A stretch of DNA of 64,000 nt. It comes from an uncultured delta proteobacterium (GTDB lineage: Bacteria; Desulfobacterota; Binatia; Binatales; Binataceae). Below the pieces are notes generated by a model, which did not search any database, was not told where the DNA came from, and worked only from the letters and a program-made list of their open reading frames with translations. Location: assembly GCA_963794325.1 (NCBI GenBank), contig CAWCDG010000002.1, positions 256,001 to 320,000 of the forward strand. The letters run 5' to 3'. Shown here in pieces: positions 60,074-64,000 of the stretch. Position 1 is the first letter of the stretch. Each line of letters starts with the position of its first letter. A program made the translations under genes and the position numbers.

Positions 60074-61213
60074 ATGAGACGGCCGATAGTGTTCGTAATC
60101 CTTGCGGCGATAGGCGCGATGCTGGCCGCGATTGTGGTGTTTTCCGCAATCAGAAAACGCGAGTCCGAAGTGCAGCGCGCGATGGCGCATACGGTCGAGG
60201 TCGTAGTCGCGGCGAAAGACATCGCGATCGGCGCGAAACTCGAGCCCGACGCCGTCAAGCTGGTGCGATGGTCTCGCGACAGTGTCCCGCAGGGGGCATA
60301 CACCGATCCGCAGGCGGTAGCGGGTTCGTTCGCCAGGAACGAGTTCGTGGCAAACGAGCCGATTGTCGCCAACAAGCTGTTCATGGGCGAGAAGACTGCT
60401 GGTGTGATGCCGCTTCTGATTCCGCCCGGGATGCGGGCGATGTCGGTGCCGGTGGACGAGGTTTCGGACATCGCGGGTTTCGTCGCGCCGCACACGCGAG
60501 TCGACATCCTGGTTGCGGTCGCTGGAACCGGCCCGGGCGAGCCGTCTTTCTCACGCATCGTTCTACAAAACATCGAAGTGCTGGCAGTCGCCCAGGAAAT
60601 CGAACACGTCAAGGATGCGCCGGAAGTGGTGAAAGTCGTCACGCTGCTGGTGACTCCGGTCGATGCCGAAAAACTGACCCTGGCGAGTCGCGAAGGACTT
60701 CTGCGCCTTGCGATGCGCAACTACAGCGACAGCAAGATAGTCGCAACCAAGGGAATCGGCCTACCCGACTTGCTGCATGAAGGCGGCAGGGGCGGCGCAA
60801 CCTTGCCCTTGATGCAAATACAGCCGGTGCCGGCGATGGCGATGACCGCGCATGCGTCACGCGCGCCCAAAGAATTTCGAATCGAAGTAATGCGCGACGG
60901 CAAATCGTCGGAGGCGATGTCGTTTGTGCATTCCGGCGTAGCAGCACGATCTTCATTTGAAGCGCATCACGATACGCCTGCGGTTTCGGAGCCGCCGCCG
61001 CCCGCACCGCCGCCACCGTCAGAGGAGGAGCCGGAATCGCCGGTTTCGTCCGCCAAGCCGGTGTGGTCCGCGGCCTTCAGCGAACCACCGCCGAGTGCAT
61101 TCGCGGCGGTTAGAAGGGCCGCAATTGAAGGTCATGCGCCAGAGAATCTCGCGCCGCTGAGGCCGGGTGAGCCGGGGTACGTGCCGGCGCCAAAGACCTA
61201 TCAGGTTCCGTGA
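60074..61213 (+). CDS. cpaB: Flp pilus assembly protein CpaB/RcpC
   Basis: VVVAAKDI (SAF), PPGMRAMSVPVDEVSDIAGF..P..RVD and VTLLVTP..AEKL motifs. Confidence 0.92.
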   Translation: MRRPIVFVILAAIGAMLAAIVVFSAIRKRESEVQRAMAHTVEVVVAAKDIAIGAKLEPDAVKLVRWSRDSVPQGAYTDPQAVAGSFARNEFVANEPIVANKLFMGEKTAGVMPLLIPPGMRAMSVPVDEVSDIAGFVAPHTRVDILVAVAGTGPGEPSFSRIVLQNIEVLAVAQEIEHVKDAPEVVKVVTLLVTPVDAEKLTLASREGLLRLAMRNYSDSKIVATKGIGLPDLLHEGGRGGATLPLMQIQPVPAMAMTAHASRAPKEFRIEVMRDGKSSEAMSFVHSGVAARSSFEAHHDTPAVSEPPPPAPPPPSEEEPESPVSSAKPVWSAAFSEPPPSAFAAVRRAAIEGHAPENLAPLRPGEPGYVPAPKTYQVP

Positions 61214-61241
61214 TCGCCAGGCGGCTACAAAGGGGGAAGCC

Positions 61242-63098
61242 ATGATGGGAAACAAAAACATATACGCAAAGACTTCGGCCGCAGACCGAATCTGTTGGCT
61301 GCTCGGCGCGGCTCTATTGATACTGGCCGTCGCCGCGGCCACTGCACGGGCCCAGGCAATCGAAGCGAACGCATGGATGCCGGTTTCGATGAACGCCGGC
61401 GAGACCTATGTGATCAACGATATCAAGCCGGGGACAAAACCTTTGTTCAAGGTTGAGCGGAATCCGAATGCGTTCGTCACCTACGATTCGCCGCCGGGCA
61501 AACTCACGATGCTCAGCGCCGAGGCGGGGCGCTGGATAGTCACAGTCACCAATAATTCGGATCGCGAGGTCAGCTACGACGTCAACGCTTTCCGGGTTGC
61601 GAAGGATGGTGCGCCGCTGACTCCGGGAAAAGCGCCGCCGGCGATGAGCGATGACAACCTCGCGGCGCGGCCGGGCGAAGGCGCGTCGCCGTCGACATCT
61701 TCTGCAATGCCCGAGTTGGAAACCATTCCGTCACTGCGCACGACTCCACCGGCAGCTTCACCATACAGCCTGACGGTCCCCGCCAAAGCGCCTCTGTCCT
61801 ACGATGATGCCTCATGGAGTGTGCCGCCTGCGCCGGCCAAGGGAGCGCAAACCTATGAGCCGCGCCAATCGGTTGCTCCGGAGGCGACCGGCGCCGCTCG
61901 CTATCGGAACGATCCGTCGGTGCTGGATGCGGGGCCTGGATACCTGGGCGACAGCGTCTCGGGTGGAAAGCACTATCTGCCGGAGGAAGCCGTGTCGCTC
62001 ATGATGGGCACCTCTGAGGTAATCGATTTTCAGCGGCGTATCACGAGAATTTCCGTCGCCGATTCCAAGATTGCCGACGTGCAGGTGATCGATCCGTTCC
62101 AGCTCAATCTGATCGCCCATCAGCCCGGCTTTACCACGCTCGCCGTCTGGGATGCGAACGGACAGTACGAAGAACGGACGGTGCGAATCGATGCGAGCGG
62201 CAAACAGCAGGTGATGCTCAACACTATCGTGGCCGAGCTCGACCGGACTGAGCTGGAGAATCAGGGAGTTGACCTGTCAGTCGCGCTTACCAAAATCGGT
62301 ATCTCGCTGGTTGGTCTGCCCGGCAATGTCGCCACGCCCTACAGCGCGAATTCCATGATCACGAGCTCGGGCTCGGCAGGTTCTACCTCTGGCGGACTCC
62401 TGCCCTTTGGCGGCCAGCTGATTCCCCTGCTGCTGTCGCCGAACCTGACCTACGGTCTGTCTGCCCAAAACTCGAACATTGCGTGGAACGGATTTTTCCA
62501 GTTTCTCGAAGCTCACAGCCTCGGCAAAGTTCTCGCCGAGCCGCATTTGCTGGCGAACTCCGGCGAAAAAGCCAAATTTCTCTCGGGTGGCGAGATACCA
62601 ATCGTAATTGCGCAGGCTCTGAACTCGACCATCGTTTTCAAAACCTTCGGCACTTCAGTCGAGTTCATCCCGACCGTAGTAGGCCGCGACGATATCGAGC
62701 TGCTGGTGAAAACCGAGGTTTCTGAACCGGACTACACTCACGGCGTCATGCTTTTCGGGTTCACCGTTCCGGCCTTCGTCACCCGCCGGGCTGAGACGTT
62801 GGCGCGGCTCAAGGACCGCCAGACTCTTATCATCGCCGGCCTGATTCTTCATCAAAAAACTTCGCAGGTGCAGAAGGTGCCTTATCTCGGAGACATCCCC
62901 TACGTAGCCGGTCTTTTTCGCAATACCTATTGGACCAACAAGGAATCCGACCTCGTCATGAGCGTGACGCCCGAGATAGTCCGGCCGCTGCCCCCGAACG
63001 GACAGGTGTACCTGCCCACCGGCCGCGGCGAGTTGACTGAAGGCGAAATCAAGACTCAGACCCTCACGCCGCCCGATCCGGCACGGCCACGCTTTTAG
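61242..63098 (+). CDS. cpaC: Tad secretin CpaC/RcpA with N-terminal extension
   Basis: ISVAD..IADV, LAEPHLLANSGEKAKFLSGGEIP and KVPYLGDIP..GLFR motifs. Confidence 0.92.
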   Translation: MMGNKNIYAKTSAADRICWLLGAALLILAVAAATARAQAIEANAWMPVSMNAGETYVINDIKPGTKPLFKVERNPNAFVTYDSPPGKLTMLSAEAGRWIVTVTNNSDREVSYDVNAFRVAKDGAPLTPGKAPPAMSDDNLAARPGEGASPSTSSAMPELETIPSLRTTPPAASPYSLTVPAKAPLSYDDASWSVPPAPAKGAQTYEPRQSVAPEATGAARYRNDPSVLDAGPGYLGDSVSGGKHYLPEEAVSLMMGTSEVIDFQRRITRISVADSKIADVQVIDPFQLNLIAHQPGFTTLAVWDANGQYEERTVRIDASGKQQVMLNTIVAELDRTELENQGVDLSVALTKIGISLVGLPGNVATPYSANSMITSSGSAGSTSGGLLPFGGQLIPLLLSPNLTYGLSAQNSNIAWNGFFQFLEAHSLGKVLAEPHLLANSGEKAKFLSGGEIPIVIAQALNSTIVFKTFGTSVEFIPTVVGRDDIELLVKTEVSEPDYTHGVMLFGFTVPAFVTRRAETLARLKDRQTLIIAGLILHQKTSQVQKVPYLGDIPYVAGLFRNTYWTNKESDLVMSVTPEIVRPLPPNGQVYLPTGRGELTEGEIKTQTLTPPDPARPRF

Positions 63099-63124
63099 GC
63101 CCCGATGCGCAGGAGAATGATTCA

Positions 63125-64000
63125 GTGCCGTTAAACGGATCGAAGAGCGAGAGTCGCCGCAGCACGATGAAGGTGATGCTGGTCGGCGATCCCGGCGAGC
63201 AGCGCAGTCAGCTCAAGACGGTTCTGGCGGCGCTGACGGAGCCTCAACTCGAGATCGTCGAGGGCGAATCCGCCACCGCCGCGAATCTCTCGGAGAATGT
63301 TTCGGCGCCGCCGGAAGCAACCCTGGTGATGGTCAATGGAAATGAAGAAGCGGCGTTGAGCTTTCTCCAGAGCCAGTCGCTCCATTCGCCGCGGCCGACC
63401 TTGCTCGCCCTGCTCAGCGCGCGATCGCCCGGTCTGATGAAGCAGGCGCTGCGCTCGGGTGCCGACGAAATACTGTTCATGCCGCTCGACCCGGGGGAGG
63501 CGACGCGCGCCCTGCTGAAGGTTAGCGAAGCGCGCTGGCGCACCGAGCGCCGCGAAGGCGGCGTCGTCATTTCGGTCACCAGCCTCGTCGGCGGCGTCGG
63601 TGTCACTTCGTTGGCGGCCAATCTCGCGCTGGCGCTCGAATCGTTGCATCAGCGCGTAGCGATGGTCGATCTCGATCTTCAAACCGGAGGATTGGCGGTT
63701 TTTCTGAACCTGGATCCGGAAGTGACAATCATGCCGCTGGTGCGGCTCGAGCGTAAACTCGATTCGATTCAGCTCGAATCCGCTTTGACCAAGCATTCGT
63801 CGGGCGTCTGTCTGCTGGCCGCGCCGAAGCGAATCGAAGAAGGCGAGCTGGTCTCGGACCTGACGGTCGGCACGGTGCTCGACCTGATTCGTCAGTTGTT
63901 CGACTACGTGATTGTCGATTGTGGCGATCACGTGGACGAAAACGCGGTTGCCGCATGGGAGCGCTCCGAGCATCTTTTTTACGTTCTCAATCAATCGATC
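63125..64000 (+). CDS. cpaE: CpaE/TadZ pilus localisation protein, partial at right edge
   Basis: Open frame from GTG 63125 after AGGAGA; degenerate REC (ALRSGADE), GGVGVTSLAANLA, VDLDLQTG and FDYVIVD. Confidence 0.88.
   Translation, partial: MPLNGSKSESRRSTMKVMLVGDPGEQRSQLKTVLAALTEPQLEIVEGESATAANLSENVSAPPEATLVMVNGNEEAALSFLQSQSLHSPRPTLLALLSARSPGLMKQALRSGADEILFMPLDPGEATRALLKVSEARWRTERREGGVVISVTSLVGGVGVTSLAANLALALESLHQRVAMVDLDLQTGGLAVFLNLDPEVTIMPLVRLERKLDSIQLESALTKHSSGVCLLAAPKRIEEGELVSDLTVGTVLDLIRQLFDYVIVDCGDHVDENAVAAWERSEHLFYVLNQSI

Overview
GC-rich bacterial chromosomal window. The gene complement (DUF1329 protein, Tad loci, Acidobacteria-like bc-caa3 operon) suggests Candidatus Binatota or a similar soil lineage; this is inference only. 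In order: minor Tad pilins running off the left edge; a PlcP-like phosphoesterase plus glycolipid synthase operon; a STAS/MBL/CHASE2-PP2C/OmpA/FecR/RsbW partner-switching module; a CYTH-like gene with a short-chain CHR pair; gabT. Next is the most striking locus: five tandem sulfotransferases (plus relics) and three GT2 genes, converging on UDP-sulfoquinovose synthase (sqdB), a fourth GT2 and a sigma54 activator. Then two VapBC modules, tRNA-Lys with a 44-bp att duplication around a decayed ~2.1-kb island, a Baeyer-Villiger monooxygenase, a three-gene phosphorelay, pgi, a cytochrome bc-caa3 operon, and a sigma54-type flp-flp-cpaBCE locus running off the right edge. Several single-base frameshifts (tadG, ctaC, a lipoprotein) look like sequencing errors. 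All calls come from reading motifs by eye; no searches were run.
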